NCBI GenBank assembly: GCA_963668175.1
Contig: OY764159.1
Coordinates: 1,344,001 to 1,408,000, forward strand
Source of the DNA: Syntrophales bacterium
GTDB taxonomy: Bacteria > Desulfobacterota > Syntrophia > Syntrophales > PHBD01
DNA: 64,000 bases
Direction of reading: 5' to 3'
Every line of letters starts with the position of its first letter. Positions within the stretch are counted from its first letter, which is position 1. The notes under the pieces were generated by a model. It made no database searches, had not been told where the DNA came from, and saw nothing but the letters and a program-made list of their open reading frames with translations. The translations under genes and the position numbers were made by a program. Below, piece by piece: positions 1-10,615 of the stretch.

Positions 1-1
1 T

Positions 2-406
2 CCCCGTATCTTTCTCATTCTGGCGCAGTGGCTGGCCGCAGTCGCCGGCGATCCCGACCGGAGCGGCAGCCTCATTTGCGCCGAGGCTGCAGGCATCCAC
101 CAAACCCTGTCCGATTTTCTCTCTGCGCGGGCCTTTCCCGACACCTGGGAAAAGATCAGAAGGAACAGCCGGAATGTCGCTTTCCTCAATCGCCAGTTCC
201 ACGCCTGGTTTGACGGCTTTTTGACGCTGAAGCTGATTCATTGGCTGAACGATCACGCCTTTCCGCCAGTAGCCATGGAAGAAGGACTGCGGGATCTCTT
301 CGAGGCGATGGGCGTGACGCCGCCCGCCCCCTTGCGGTTCGGCAGGACCGTCTCCGGCGATAAGGGATGGGCGATGCTGCAAATGCTGCGGCGTCTTGCG
401 CCCTGA
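2..406 (+). CDS. 3' part of a conserved hypothetical protein (possibly glycosyltransferase-family-2-like), truncated by the window edge
   Basis: Frame is open from position 2 to TGA 404-406: PRIFLILAQWLAAV...RQFHAWFDGFLTLKLIHWL...; family assignment is from memory of the FHxWFDxFxTLK motif. Confidence 0.45.
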   Translation, partial: PRIFLILAQWLAAVAGDPDRSGSLICAEAAGIHQTLSDFLSARAFPDTWEKIRRNSRNVAFLNRQFHAWFDGFLTLKLIHWLNDHAFPPVAMEEGLRDLFEAMGVTPPAPLRFGRTVSGDKGWAMLQMLRRLAP

Positions 407-438
407 GCATTTCCGGCCACGACGAACGATTTATGTCC

Positions 439-467
439 TTGACGAAGCAGTATCTTTTGAATATAAG
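439..467 (+). promoter_or_regulatory. sigma70-type promoter for the PPIase gene
   Basis: TTGACG (439-444), 17-nt spacer, TATAAG (462-467). Confidence 0.55.
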
Positions 468-609
468 ATGATGAATTGAATAAGTCATCTGCCAACGAAG
501 CCATGCACCGTTGCCTTTGTCTCGGAGGCAGCGTATTTTTCCGGCCGCGTCTCATGATCGCGGTCTTGCTGCATATGAGGCGGCCGGATCTATCCCCGGG
601 AGGATTAAG

Positions 610-1758
610 ATGAAAAAGCGGAACACGTTCCGTCTTGCAGTTGCGGTGTTGAGTCTGTGTTTAATATTGCTCGGAGGTTGCGGCAAGGAAGATGCGCCCA
701 AGGTCGCCGACGCGCCGAAGACAGAGGTCCCTCAACCGTTGCCCTTGACGACGAATCCGGCGGCCGGACAGGTCGCAGCAACGACGCCGGCAGGAACGAC
801 ACCGGTGGGAACGACACCGGCGGGGACCACTCCGACGGCTGCTGCCAAGCCGGCGAATATGTCCGAAGTCATCCTGGAAATCGACGGCACCAAGCTGACG
901 CGGGGCCGGATTGAGAGCGACCTCAAGAAGAAGCTGGCCGCCGTCAAGGAACGGATTCCGGCCAACCAGATGGAGCAGGCGAAGACGACCTTGAGGAAAC
1001 GCGTGGTTGAGGACTTCATTATTCGGACTCTGCTTTCCGACGAGATCAAGCGGAAAAAGATTACGGCGACGGAGAAAGAAGTTGCGGAAGGCCTGGAGTC
1101 CATCAAGAAAGGCCTGCCGCCCGGTGCGACCCTGGAAGATATGATGCAGAAGAATCAGGTTACGAAGGAGCAGATGAACGAGGAAATCGCCATGGGCATC
1201 AAGGTCAAGAAACTCGTTCTTGCATCCATGGCCGGCAAGAAGAAGCCGACGAACAAAGAGATCACCGATTTCTACAAGAAGAACAAGGACAAATTCATGA
1301 CGCCGGAGACGGCCCGGGCCAGCCATATTCTCATTCAGGTGGAACCCGGCGACGACGCAAAGGTGAAGGCGGAAAAGAAGGCGAGGGCGGAAGACCTGCG
1401 CAAACAGTTGTTAGCCGGTGCGAATTTCGAGGAACTGGCAGCGAAATACTCCAATTGCCCCAGCGCCAAAAACGGGGGTGATCTCGGCGTTTTCGCCCGC
1501 GGTCAGATGGTCAAGCCCTTCGACGATGTTGCCTTCTCACAGAAGATCGGCGAGATCAGCCCCGTCGTCCAAACGGAATTCGGCTATCATATCATCAAAG
1601 TGAAGGAGCGAAGTGCTCCGAAGCTGATGCCGCTGGACAAGGACAACAGGGCAAAAATTGCCGCTTTCCTGGAAGGCCAGAGGCAGCAGGAGGCGTTCGG
1701 GGCATTGATCAAAAGTCTGCGGGAAAAGTCGAACATCGTTGTTTACAAGGAACCCTGA
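610..1758 (+). CDS. Parvulin-type peptidyl-prolyl isomerase lipoprotein (PrsA/SurA-like foldase)
   Basis: ATG 610 after GGGAGG; lipobox LLGGC; SurA-like helical region; rotamase motifs ASHILI, FEELAAKYS, GGDLG, MVKPF, TEFGYHII. Confidence 0.9.
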   Translation: MKKRNTFRLAVAVLSLCLILLGGCGKEDAPKVADAPKTEVPQPLPLTTNPAAGQVAATTPAGTTPVGTTPAGTTPTAAAKPANMSEVILEIDGTKLTRGRIESDLKKKLAAVKERIPANQMEQAKTTLRKRVVEDFIIRTLLSDEIKRKKITATEKEVAEGLESIKKGLPPGATLEDMMQKNQVTKEQMNEEIAMGIKVKKLVLASMAGKKKPTNKEITDFYKKNKDKFMTPETARASHILIQVEPGDDAKVKAEKKARAEDLRKQLLAGANFEELAAKYSNCPSAKNGGDLGVFARGQMVKPFDDVAFSQKIGEISPVVQTEFGYHIIKVKERSAPKLMPLDKDNRAKIAAFLEGQRQQEAFGALIKSLREKSNIVVYKEP

Positions 1759-1778
1759 CGTGCAGGAGGTAACGGCGA

Positions 1779-3054
<1,276 letters not shown>

Positions 3055-3150
3055 TGCGTTCTGTAAAGTCGCAGCTCCCGCGCAACAGAGGCGTTGAAAT
3101 TTGACGATCGGCTCGCACAGGGATATCGAAAAATCATTCAGGAGATGAAG

Positions 3151-3528
3151 ATGACAAACGAAGAAGAGTCAGGAAAGCAGAAGGTCAAGATCAACCTGCA
3201 GAATCTTTTTATGGAAGAGGTCTTTACCGATTTGAGGGTGGCCAATATCCGCAGGCTCACACCGGTCAAACCGAACGGGGAGGCCGACAAAACACGGGAG
3301 GTCATGTACATAGGCCAGACGCAGCTGATGTCGCCCCACGGGCCCGTACCCATTTCCTTCCCGATTGAAGCCAAAAGCCTTCAGCAGGCCATCGAAAAGT
3401 TTCCCGCCGTCATGGAGCAGTTTGTGGATAAGATCATGGCGGAGGCAAGGGAGATGCAGCGCCAGGAACAATCACGGATCATCGTTCCCGAGGCGGGTGT
3501 CGGCGACAGCGGCCTTATCCTGAAATAA
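3151..3528 (+). CDS. Conserved hypothetical cytoplasmic protein
   Basis: AGGAG RBS; NLFMEEVFTDLRVANIRRLTPV...SRIIVP; typical codon usage. Confidence 0.7.
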   Translation: MTNEEESGKQKVKINLQNLFMEEVFTDLRVANIRRLTPVKPNGEADKTREVMYIGQTQLMSPHGPVPISFPIEAKSLQQAIEKFPAVMEQFVDKIMAEAREMQRQEQSRIIVPEAGVGDSGLILK

Positions 3529-3603
3529 CAGGAATCTGCGCTGCGTTTGGCGGCAGGGTCCGGCCAAATGAAGGGTCGCGGCCGTCTTCAGCCCGGGGCT
3601 GCG

Positions 3604-3748
3604 GCCCCCTATGCAGGGGGCGGCACCTGAAGGTGATAAACAGCGGGGAATGAGGCATACATAGAAGTATGTCTTGACTGCGCTTGCCCCCTATGCAGGG
3701 GGCGCAGCGGCGCAACGCGACAGATGGGCGTTTTTCAATAGTCTGCTA
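3604..3748. repeat. REP/MITE-like palindromic element between convergent genes
   Basis: Two exact copies of GCCCCCT-ATGC-AGGGGGC (3604-3621, 3686-3703), hairpin GAGGCATAC-ATAGAA-GTATGTCTT, and end sequence CAGATGGGCGTTTTTCAATAGTCTG. Confidence 0.55.
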
Positions 3749-4120
3749 GGCGTATCCGAGTTCGTGCAGCCTTTCTTCGCTGATCCCGAGGAAGTGGGCG
3801 ATTTCATGCACCACTGTGATTTCGATCTGTTCTTCCAAATCCTCCAGGGTATCGCAGAAGTCTTCCAGGGGTTCCTGAAAGATAAAAATGGTGTTGGGGT
3901 AAAGCGGGGGATAGGTTTCCGTATAATCCAGACGGGAGTTTCCCCAGAAAAGGCCCAGCGGCAGTTCGCCGGCAGGCATCTGCATGCTGCGCAGCATCTC
4001 CCGGGATGGCCGCTTCCTGACGGTAATCATCGTGTTGTCCAGATGCTGGCGGATTTCATCGGGAATGCGGCGGATCGCGCGTCTGACCGCCTTATCGAAC
4101 GCTTTTTCGCTCAGTTTCAT
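3746..4120 (-). CDS. Zincin-like metallopeptidase family protein
   Basis: MKLSEKAFDKAV..., PNTIFIFQEP, ITVVHEIAHFLG (HExxH). Confidence 0.85.
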   Translation of the reverse strand: MKLSEKAFDKAVRRAIRRIPDEIRQHLDNTMITVRKRPSREMLRSMQMPAGELPLGLFWGNSRLDYTETYPPLYPNTIFIFQEPLEDFCDTLEDLEEQIEITVVHEIAHFLGISEERLHELGYA

Positions 4121-4178
4121 CGCTGCCGGAATCCTCGCCGTCATAAACGGCGGCCAAGCCCGGATCGGTGCTTCAATC

Positions 4179-4481
4179 CTACGCCTTCTGCAGGAACATG
4201 GGCGGCACCTGGGCGGGAAAAACCTCGATTTTCTGCCACACATTCCCGATCACGTAAGGCTCCGTTTTGAGCCAGGCATCGACGTCATTGCGGGAAGGAA
4301 AATCGACGACCATGAGCGAGCCGATCATCTTCCCCTGCTCGCTGAGCATGGCGACGCCGTAAATGGCCTTGCCTTCGGCCTTCATCTTGACGACCCCGGC
4401 GAGGTGGTTTTCCCGTACCGCCATCCGTCTTTCCTGGGCCTTGTCGTCCGACCCGTCATAACCGATTACGAGAAATTGCAT
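4179..4481 (-). CDS. YciI family protein
   Basis: MQFLVIGYDG...RRMAVRENHL...GKMIGSLMVVDF...WLKTEPY; AAGGAGG RBS. Confidence 0.85.
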   Translation of the reverse strand: MQFLVIGYDGSDDKAQERRMAVRENHLAGVVKMKAEGKAIYGVAMLSEQGKMIGSLMVVDFPSRNDVDAWLKTEPYVIGNVWQKIEVFPAQVPPMFLQKA

Positions 4482-4869
4482 GAAGCCCCTCCTTGAATGA
4501 ATCTTCTTTATTAATAGCACTTTTCCGTTTAAAAGAACACGTAGAAAAAGGCTTGCTGCCTTCATGAGCCCACCCGCGGACCCGGTTGACGGCGGGGTGT
4601 CCGGACGAATGGTCTCTTGTACGGTGCCGATACAAGCTTTTTTTATGTTCATGATGGAAATCTTGATAAAAATAGTGTAGAGATGCCCCCATACAATGAC
4701 CAGATTGTCTGCAATTGTCTGCAAACGGTTTCGAGGTTGGTAGAACAACATCTTCAAGGCAATAGGGGGGTAGACACGCCGCAAGGTGTGTCCCTGAGGG
4801 TACGGACCGAAGCTTCAGCCTTCTGGACAGGTCGCTGGGATCAAATGAATTTGATGGAGGGAGGTCCGC

Positions 4870-5961
4870 ATGAGGCGCCATATGCCCAAAGACTTAGTGG
4901 CCCATGTAGCGAAAAACGTCCTTGTTGCCCTTGCCGAACGTAAGATTCCGCTGTATCCGGAAAATTACCTGGTCTGGTTCGATTACTATCTCGGCATCAA
5001 CAGGGACCTCGTCGAGGATGTCAATCTGCACCTTGAGAAAGGGATTCCCTTTTCTGAGGAAATCAACAAGGAACTCTATCTCAAGCATTTCGGGTCGGAG
5101 AAGAACGCGGAGCTTCTGGAAAGCGCGCAAAAGGAAATCCAGCAGCTTCTAAAAGATGTCCTCGATGAAATCCTCTATACCCAGAATTTTACTTCTGAAT
5201 ACCGGGAAAAACTCAAACAGGTAACAATTGAGATCGAGGTGGCCAAAGAGATGTCGGAGATCCGCAAGATCGTCTCCGACTTGATGCACGCAACCGTGGA
5301 AGTTATTCAGGCCAGCGAATACCTCAAGGAGCGGCTGGAAGATACCACGCGTAAATCGGAAGTCCTCCAGAGGGAGCTGAACAAGGCTCAACAGGAGAAT
5401 CTCTTCGATCAACTGACCAACCTATACAACCGCAAGGCTTTCGAGAAGAGGATACGGGAATATCTGAAGACCTTCAAAAGCGGTGGCAAGCTATTCTCGG
5501 TTGTCATGTTCGATATCGATCATTTCAAGCAATTCAACGATCAGCACGGGCATCAGTTGGGCGACCAAGTGCTCCGGTTCGTCGGGGCCTTCCTGAACAA
5601 GGAATTGAAAGGAAAGGATTTTGCCGCGCGCTACGGCGGCGAGGAATTCGTCATCCTCCTTGTGGGTACGGCGGCGGACAAGGCCGTCCTCGTCGCCAAC
5701 AACATCCGCAAAAGCCTGTCCGATGTCCAGCTCCGTCACGTCAAAACGGGCACGGTCCTGGGCCGGGTAACCATCAGCGCCGGCGTATCGGCTGTCCGCG
5801 AAGACGACGCGGTGGAATCCCTGGTGAAGAGAGCCGACGACGCCTTGTATCTTGCGAAGCAGAGCGGGCGGAACAACGTTAAAGCAGAGATGGACCTTTC
5901 CCCCGAATATGCCGTTCCGGAGGCCGTCAACCCGTTTATGGTCGAATTCCTGAAGGCCTGA
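4870..5961 (+). CDS. Diguanylate cyclase (GGDEF domain, coiled-coil N-terminus)
   Basis: DQLTNLYNR, FDIDHFKQFNDQHGHQLGD, ARYGGEEF, ADDALYLAKQSGRN. Confidence 0.92.
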   Translation: MRRHMPKDLVAHVAKNVLVALAERKIPLYPENYLVWFDYYLGINRDLVEDVNLHLEKGIPFSEEINKELYLKHFGSEKNAELLESAQKEIQQLLKDVLDEILYTQNFTSEYREKLKQVTIEIEVAKEMSEIRKIVSDLMHATVEVIQASEYLKERLEDTTRKSEVLQRELNKAQQENLFDQLTNLYNRKAFEKRIREYLKTFKSGGKLFSVVMFDIDHFKQFNDQHGHQLGDQVLRFVGAFLNKELKGKDFAARYGGEEFVILLVGTAADKAVLVANNIRKSLSDVQLRHVKTGTVLGRVTISAGVSAVREDDAVESLVKRADDALYLAKQSGRNNVKAEMDLSPEYAVPEAVNPFMVEFLKA

Positions 5962-5989
5962 GCTTTCCGCATCGCGGATGCGGATACCC

Positions 5990-6262
5990 TTACAGTCGCT
6001 TCTTGCTCCGCCGGTCGAGGGCTTCGGCGATAACGGGGAGGAGCAGGATGCCGAAGGGCATGACGGCGACAGCGAGAACAGGGATGTAGAATGACAAGCG
6101 GAACAGATGGGACTTGAGTTTACGGATTTCTTCGGCCGTCCATCTTTCCCCCGTGTTTCTCTGTTTCATCAATAGGTTGTAGAAATCCTGCATGCGGCCG
6201 GCCTCTTCGTGGACCAGAGACCGGTTCTTCGAGACCTGTTTTCTTATCAACTCGGCAAACAC
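5990..6262 (-). CDS. Small hypothetical membrane protein
   Basis: LLMKQRNTGERWT followed by a hydrophobic hairpin ending LDRR. Confidence 0.6.
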   Translation of the reverse strand: MFAELIRKQVSKNRSLVHEEAGRMQDFYNLLMKQRNTGERWTAEEIRKLKSHLFRLSFYIPVLAVAVMPFGILLLPVIAEALDRRSKKRL

Positions 6263-6475
6263 TGACGGTCGTTTCCTTCCTGACCCGATCTATTAGAAGC
6301 CAAGATGCGCGACGGCGCATGCGATTCGTTTCTATCTATTCCACCTTCCCGGGTGTGACGTTCGGCAATCCCAGGATTCGGGAAGTCTTCCGGGGCGGCT
6401 GGTCCTGCAGCGGCACCTTGTCCGGCATTCTGCCGCCTGTCCGAGAACAGCTGCGAATAGATCCGTATCTACCTA

Positions 6476-8503
6476 TTACGGTTGGCAGTAGATGCGGTAA
6501 TCCACAACGGAGACTCCTTTTTCGTAGACCAGGACCGGGTTGAGGTCGATCTGCTCGATCTCCGGATGGTCTTGGATCAGCCGGGATAGCGATTTCATCA
6601 GGGCGATGAGCGCCGCCTCGTCCTTGGGTTTGCTTCCCCTGATGCCTGCCAGCAGCGGGTATCCCTTGACGGCCCGGATCATCTGCCGGAATTCCTTCTC
6701 CGATGCCGGCAACAGGCAGAACTGGACGTCCCGGTATACTTCCGTGAAAATTCCTCCCATCCCGAACATGAGCGTGGGACCGTACTGCGGGTCCTTGTTC
6801 ATGCCGAGGATGATCTCGACGGCGCCCGGTTTGGCCATGGGCGATACCGTGACCCCGTCGAGCGCCGCCTTCGGCAGGTGTTTCTTCACGCTTTTCATGA
6901 TCTGCGAGTATGCGTCGCGTACCGCCTTCTGCCCCGCGAGATTCAGGACGACCCCGCCGACGTCGCTCTTGTGGGAGATGTCGCCGGAGGCGATCTTCAG
7001 GGCGACGGGCTTGCCGTATCTTTTGGCCAGATCCGCCGCTTCCTTGGCCGTGACGGCCATCTTGGCCTCCAAGGCGGGTATGGCATAACGTTTCAGAAGA
7101 GCGACGGCCTTCCCGTACGGCATTAATTGGAGGGTCGTGACTGCGGCATGGGCGGCCGATGCTTTCCTTGTCCGTGCCGGTTCGTTGAAACGGACCATCT
7201 GGTAGAGGGCCCGGATGCCCCGTTCCGGCGTGGGATAGACGGGTATGCCCTTTTCGTGCATCTTTTTGGTTTCCTCCCGCTCCACGTCGGCCCCGCCGCA
7301 GTAGACGATCACCTCTCCCCGGCCCGTAACGATGTCCGAGGCCCCGTGGATTGGATCGCCGAAGATGACGACGCTGACGTCGTAATCGGATTTGGCCGCC
7401 GCGATGACCCTGGAATAGAGGCTGGGGTCGGAGATGGCGTCGCCCGTAAGGTCGATGGGGTTGCTCACGCCGCAGTGGGCCGGCAGAAACGCCCGCAGGC
7501 GTTCCTTGAGCGCCGGGGAGGGGGCCGGGTTCGTGAACCCCAGCTTTTCCGCTTCATCTATGGCGAGTATCGCCGCGCCGCCGGAACTGGAGATGTTCAA
7601 GAGCCGCCTGCCGGGCGGTTTTTCCATGTAAGCCAGGGCTTTCGCGAAGTCGTAAAGCTCTTCAAGGCTGTCGGCCCGGTGGATCTTGTATTTCCTGAAG
7701 ATGGCCTCGTAGACGGCGTCCGCGCCGGCCATCGACTTGGTATGACTCTCGGCCGCGACTCGTCCGCGGGGGGTCCGTCCGGCCTTCATGATCACGATGG
7801 GCTTATCCGCTTTGGCCAGGCAGTCGAGAAAGACGGCGGGCCTTTTAACGCCTTCAATATAGAGGGCGATGACTTTCGTGTTCGGATCATCGTTGAAGTA
7901 GCGGATACAGTCCGATTCGTCCACGTCGGCCCTGTTTCCCAGGCTGACAAAGACGCTGAAACCCAGGCGGTCCTGTCCCGCCCAGTCGATGAGGGCGGCG
8001 CCGACCGTGCCGCTCTGAGAGATGAAGGCGATTTTGCCTCGCTCGGTGATGAGCGGCCATGAGGCGCAGAGACGGGCGTGAGGGTGGTTGACACCCTGGC
8101 AGTTGGGGCCGATCAGCCGCACGCCGTACCGGCCGGCGACGTGGGCCAGTTCCTTCTGGAGCTTCTCCCCTTCGTCCCCGGCTTCGGCGAATCCGCCGGT
8201 GACGATGACGGCGGACTTGATCCCGATCTTGCCGCATTCGGCGATGGCGTCAGGGACCATCCGTGCGGGAATGACGATGACAGCCATGTCGGGCGGAGAG
8301 GGGAGGGAGGCGATATCCTTGAACGCGGGCAGTCCCAGGATTTCATCGGCCTTGGGATTGACCGGGTAGATCGGTCCCGTAAATCCGGCGTTGACCAGGT
8401 TGTACAGGATGTCGTAACCGAGCTTTCCCGGCGTGGCCGAGGCCCCGATCATGGCAACGCTTTTCGGTTGAAAAACAGCATCGAGACTATTCTTCGACTT
8501 CAT
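6476..8503 (-). CDS. Acyl-CoA synthetase (NDP-forming), fused alpha/beta (acetate--CoA ligase family)
   Basis: CoA-binding N-terminus (IGASATPGKLG), IGPNCQG, ISQSG, ESHTKSMAG phospho-His motif, C-terminal ATP-grasp (HKSDVGGV, DLNPV). Confidence 0.9.
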   Translation of the reverse strand: MKSKNSLDAVFQPKSVAMIGASATPGKLGYDILYNLVNAGFTGPIYPVNPKADEILGLPAFKDIASLPSPPDMAVIVIPARMVPDAIAECGKIGIKSAVIVTGGFAEAGDEGEKLQKELAHVAGRYGVRLIGPNCQGVNHPHARLCASWPLITERGKIAFISQSGTVGAALIDWAGQDRLGFSVFVSLGNRADVDESDCIRYFNDDPNTKVIALYIEGVKRPAVFLDCLAKADKPIVIMKAGRTPRGRVAAESHTKSMAGADAVYEAIFRKYKIHRADSLEELYDFAKALAYMEKPPGRRLLNISSSGGAAILAIDEAEKLGFTNPAPSPALKERLRAFLPAHCGVSNPIDLTGDAISDPSLYSRVIAAAKSDYDVSVVIFGDPIHGASDIVTGRGEVIVYCGGADVEREETKKMHEKGIPVYPTPERGIRALYQMVRFNEPARTRKASAAHAAVTTLQLMPYGKAVALLKRYAIPALEAKMAVTAKEAADLAKRYGKPVALKIASGDISHKSDVGGVVLNLAGQKAVRDAYSQIMKSVKKHLPKAALDGVTVSPMAKPGAVEIILGMNKDPQYGPTLMFGMGGIFTEVYRDVQFCLLPASEKEFRQMIRAVKGYPLLAGIRGSKPKDEAALIALMKSLSRLIQDHPEIEQIDLNPVLVYEKGVSVVDYRIYCQP

Positions 8504-8710
8504 ATCTCCTCCTTATTAAGGGTTATGGCGGGAAGCGAATAGAGTTTGATGCTTGTAGACGGAGATGCATCCTATCACAGGGCGACGTCATTTTCTACGG
8601 GAAATAAAGGGGAATCGGCCATTACGGCGGCGGAAGCAGGATTATGGGATAACAGCAGGCGCAGGACCGGCGGCTAGACGCCGGTCCTGCATCCGTGCCG
8701 TTTCATATGT

Positions 8711-9529
8711 TCAGGCGAAGGAATGTTCCTTGTCGGGGAAGATGCCCTTTTTGACTTCGTCGATGTAGCCGGAGACCGCCGCCTGCATTTGAACGTTAAT
8801 CTGCCCGTACTTCTTGACGAACTTCGGAGTGAACCGGTCGAACATCCCCAGCATGTCGTGGAGGACGAGGACCTGCCCGTCGCAGTCGACGCCGCCCCCG
8901 ATGCCGATCGTCGGGATGGAGAGCGATTCGCTGATCTCCCTGCCGAGGCCGGAAGGAATGCATTCGAGGACGACGGAGAAGGCTCCGGCTTCCTCCAGGA
9001 TCTTGGCGTCCTCTTTTATCCGGGTCGCCGCTGCCGCCTCCTTGCCTTGCACCTTGTAACCGCCCAGTTGATGGACGGATTGGGGCGTCAGTCCCAGGTG
9101 GGCCATGACGGGAATCCCCGCCGCGGCAATCCGACGGGTCACTTCCGCAACCTCCCGGCCGCCCTCCAGCTTGACCGCCTGAGCCCCGGCCTCTTTGAGG
9201 AACCGGCCGGCGTTGCTCACCGCTTCGTCGACGGAACACTGGTAAGACATGAAGGGCATGTCCCCGATGACCAGGGCGCGCCGGGCCGCCCGGCAGACGG
9301 CTTTCGTATGATGGATCATGTCCTCCATCGTGACGGGGATCGTGCTGTCGTAGCCGAGGACGACCATCCCCAGGGAATCGCCTACCAGGATCATGTCCAC
9401 GCCCGCCTCGTCGACGATGGCTGCTGTGGGGTAGTCGTAAGCGGTCAACATCGTGATTTTCTCGCCCCGCTTCTTCATGTCGCGGACGGCTGCCGTCGTG
9501 ACCCTTGTGATCTTTACCTGTGTGCTCAT
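8711..9529 (-). CDS. panB: 3-methyl-2-oxobutanoate hydroxymethyltransferase
   Basis: [34 protein letters not shown]. Confidence 0.97.
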   Translation of the reverse strand: MSTQVKITRVTTAAVRDMKKRGEKITMLTAYDYPTAAIVDEAGVDMILVGDSLGMVVLGYDSTIPVTMEDMIHHTKAVCRAARRALVIGDMPFMSYQCSVDEAVSNAGRFLKEAGAQAVKLEGGREVAEVTRRIAAAGIPVMAHLGLTPQSVHQLGGYKVQGKEAAAATRIKEDAKILEEAGAFSVVLECIPSGLGREISESLSIPTIGIGGGVDCDGQVLVLHDMLGMFDRFTPKFVKKYGQINVQMQAAVSGYIDEVKKGIFPDKEHSFA

Positions 9530-9533
9530 GCTA

Positions 9534-10424
9534 TTACCTCCCCCGGATTAATTTCAGAATTTGGGCCGCCCCCTCGGCGGACAGGCTTTTCTTTTCCAGA
9601 GCGATGCCGACCGTCAGCTCTCCAAGGACGCAATAGGCCTCAAGAAGATCGGGCAATTCGCTTCGGAGCGTTCGGATATGCTTCCTCACCGTTTCCACAT
9701 CGCCCCGGGCGATGGGGCCCGTCAGGGATTGAACGGTTCCTTTCGTTTCGATATTTTGCAGCGTACCGTGGAGAAGCGGCCGGATGGCCCGGACGGCGCT
9801 CTCCCGGTCCAGTCCGAAATGGCCGTACATGGTTTCCACGGTATGGATGAGGGTCGTGAGATAATTGGAGGCCATGCAGGCTGCGGCATGGTAGAGGGGC
9901 TTGTCCTTCTCGGCGATGAAGATGGGCGTGCCCTTCAGGTTTCTGACGAACGCGACGGCCCAGTCTCTGATCGCATCGTCGGCCGTCACCCCGAAGGTGC
10001 TGCCGGGGATATTTGCAACGGCTCCCTCGACGTCGGCGAAGGTCTGGATGGGATGGATGCTCGCCACGGCGCAGCCGCACTCCCTGGCTGCAGCCAGGAG
10101 ATCGAGCCCGCCGGCTCCGCTCATGTGGATGACCTTGCGGCCTGCCGCGAATCCCCCTTCTTCCGCAATGGTCCGGCAGACGGGCGCGATGGAGTCGTCT
10201 GCCGTCGTGATCAGTACGGTATCGGCGTCCCCGGCGGCTTCGGCGGCGCTTCGCGCCCGGCGGCCTCCCGTATAGCGGATGTGCTCTTCCATGGCCGACG
10301 GCAGCGGGTCGAAGACGGCGGTAATCTGGTATCCGGCTTCTTTCAGGAGATGACCCACGGCGGTGCCGACCTTTCCCAGGCCGACGATGGCAATCCTTTC
10401 TTTGTCGGAGTGTCGCTCCGTCAT
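9534..10424 (-). CDS. panG: Rossmann-like + DUF2520 protein, probable PanG-type ketopantoate reductase
   Basis: GLGKVG Rossmann motif, [32 protein letters not shown]; directly upstream of panB. Confidence 0.75.
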   Translation of the reverse strand: MTERHSDKERIAIVGLGKVGTAVGHLLKEAGYQITAVFDPLPSAMEEHIRYTGGRRARSAAEAAGDADTVLITTADDSIAPVCRTIAEEGGFAAGRKVIHMSGAGGLDLLAAARECGCAVASIHPIQTFADVEGAVANIPGSTFGVTADDAIRDWAVAFVRNLKGTPIFIAEKDKPLYHAAACMASNYLTTLIHTVETMYGHFGLDRESAVRAIRPLLHGTLQNIETKGTVQSLTGPIARGDVETVRKHIRTLRSELPDLLEAYCVLGELTVGIALEKKSLSAEGAAQILKLIRGR

Positions 10425-10450
10425 GACCTTACCAGCCTCGTATCGAATGT

Positions 10451-10484
10451 AAATAAAAAGCCTTCCGGACGCACGACGGAAGGC
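10451..10484 (-). terminator. Intrinsic terminator inside the panG/panB leader
   Basis: Minus strand GCCTTCCG-9 nt-CGGAAGGC followed by TTTTTATTT, 27 nt before the panG ATG. Confidence 0.75.
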
Positions 10485-10522
10485 CTCGAAGACGAAGTAT
10501 GGTTCAGCAGCAGGTTGGCCGT

Positions 10523-10554
10523 TCCGTCCCGGTCCGGTTAGAGATCCAGGCGGA
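10523..10554 (-). ncRNA. pan RNA motif-like hairpin
   Basis: Minus strand UCCG CCUGG A UC ucuaaccg GA CCGGG A CGGA: a stem with two bulged As on opposite strands, upstream of pantothenate genes. Confidence 0.65.
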
Positions 10555-10615
10555 CTTTCCCGTTAACATATGCCTTCGGCTTCCGTCAACAGAAAACGCG
10601 GTAAATCCGCATCGG

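Noticed and set aside
3604..3703. CRISPR array
   Set aside because: Only two 18-nt palindromes with a 64-nt gap and no cas genes; no regular repeat-spacer pattern anywhere in the window.
4755..4850. Confident c-di-GMP-I or TPP riboswitch call
   Set aside because: Only a GNRA hairpin and partial GGGG/CTGAG similarity; the conserved downstream cores are not recognisable. Kept only as a weak candidate.
5500..5660. Hypr-type GGDEF (cGAMP synthase)
   Set aside because: The specificity position is Asp (GHQLGD), as in ordinary diguanylate cyclases, not Ser/Thr.
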